From: Babesia bigemina
Taxonomy: Eukaryota
Length of the DNA: 64,000 nt
Assembly (NCBI RefSeq): GCF_000981445.1
Contig: NC_027219.1
Span: forward strand, 806,001-870,000
Direction of reading: 5' to 3'
This document shows positions 62,926 to 64,000 of the stretch, piece by piece. How positions within the stretch are numbered: position 1 is the first letter of the stretch; every line of letters begins with the position of its first letter. The notes under the pieces were generated by a model. That model saw nothing but the letters and a program-made list of their open reading frames with translations. It was not told where the DNA came from and made no database searches. A program made the translations under genes and the position numbers.

Positions 62926-64000
62926 TCAGAAAAACGACATCAGGTACGACGCATAATTCGTTTCCGCTTCCTCTTGATTCGGCAAATTGGCATCAATAGT
63001 CGATGAGGACGACGCCCTAGAAATTGAAGCAGGTTCTCCGGCCCTACTAACGGCTAGGCGCCCGTGCGGCACGGCAGCCGGCGGAGAGTGCCCGGCGCCA
63101 TCACCATTGTCACTGTCCAACAGGGACGCGCTCGATTGATGAGACTCCTCTTCTTCATCCGTCACCAGAGCGTCGGTGTGATATTCCGCACCATCATTAG
63201 GGGATAAGTCGGCCGATGCATCAGACGCATCACCAACTTTCACGTTTGTCTTCGCCTTCTTCGGCATGCCGTCCGCTAATTCGCCATCTCCATACTCACG
63301 TGGTGAAGATCCTAAGCTGTGAACATCCGAGCTCTCAGCAGAAAACGGCGAGGAGTCGGAGTACGAAATACCGTTATCCGTGGCGTAGTCACTCTCAAGT
63401 TGCGGCGTGGCATCGCTTCTTGGGGATTCCGACAGCAACGGAGAAGCAACGGATTCGCTTTCGGAAATAGCAGATGACAAAATGCCGGTGTCATCCGCTG
63501 CATCCTCCGCGGCGGATGAGCGACCGTCCTCTGAACCTTCTTCCTGCACGACGCCGGACGTCGGCGACGGTGACCTGGGCGTGGCTACGCTGTGGGAATC
63601 TGCAATCTCTGGAATGGTCTCGGCAACCGGCGCCTGCTCCACGGGGGCTCCTGGTGTAGACAGCCTGTTTGCATCGGCAGATAATGCGTGCTCAGCATCT
63701 GTGGATGCTGCGTCCTGGTTATCTCCAGAAATAGCCCCGATCTCGACAGTAGTAGATTCGGGGACAGCAGACGGCGAAACACGGACATCGTCGCTAATAT
63801 CACAATACGAAGCAGTCCTTTCTACCGATACTTCATGCTCGCCGACCAAATCAGTAACCCCTTCCGATACGGGAGTAGACTCCGAGGGCGGAGGAGGCGC
63901 AGATGCTTCAGACTCAGATTGGCTGTGGGAATCAGAGGCCAAAGAATCTGCAGACCGCGGTGTTGGATGTGATGATTCGCCCGACACTACCGCAGAAGGA
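62926..64000 (-). CDS. Ser/Asp/Glu-rich low-complexity protein, 3' portion (continues beyond the window)
   Basis: Frame is open to the window edge: more than 350 codons of disordered acidic sequence ending NYASYLMSFF*. Confidence 0.6.
   Translation of the reverse strand, partial: PSAVVSGESSHPTPRSADSLASDSHSQSESEASAPPPPSESTPVSEGVTDLVGEHEVSVERTASYCDISDDVRVSPSAVPESTTVEIGAISGDNQDAASTDAEHALSADANRLSTPGAPVEQAPVAETIPEIADSHSVATPRSPSPTSGVVQEEGSEDGRSSAAEDAADDTGILSSAISESESVASPLLSESPRSDATPQLESDYATDNGISYSDSSPFSAESSDVHSLGSSPREYGDGELADGMPKKAKTNVKVGDASDASADLSPNDGAEYHTDALVTDEEEESHQSSASLLDSDNGDGAGHSPPAAVPHGRLAVSRAGEPASISRASSSSTIDANLPNQEEAETNYASYLMSFF

Overview
Compact eukaryotic DNA from a piroplasm (Apicomplexa), most likely Babesia of the B. 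bigemina/ovata/caballi type. This rests on many 34-40 nt GT-AG introns, ves-family-like genes and an apicoplast-type Der1. The window is mostly housekeeping genes: an MFS transporter (partial), PGM3, proteasome alpha-1, Ste24, an HPR-repeat protein, Der1, a secreted HExxH protein (SIAP1-like), Cgr1/CCDC86, RBM28/Nop4, an EH-domain protein, GFAT, ATP12, CCT6, a 4416-aa DUF3638/DUF3645-type P-loop protein, RPS8, a RanBD-like protein, PhLP3, PP5 and FCP1. Two isolated ves-related genes sit among them. Several genes were rebuilt by hand across short introns that the ORF track misses. Most notable: (i) three same-strand gene pairs only 8-13 nt apart plus a convergent pair with overlapping stop codons, raising the possibility of bicistronic or overlapping transcription; (ii) a C/D-box snoRNA with an 18S rRNA guide in the RPS8 intron; (iii) three long PP5 introns that each fold into nested hairpins; (iv) a giant SF2/SecA-like ATPase with EF-hand and Vps62-like modules. 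All calls come from motif recognition by eye; no searches were run.
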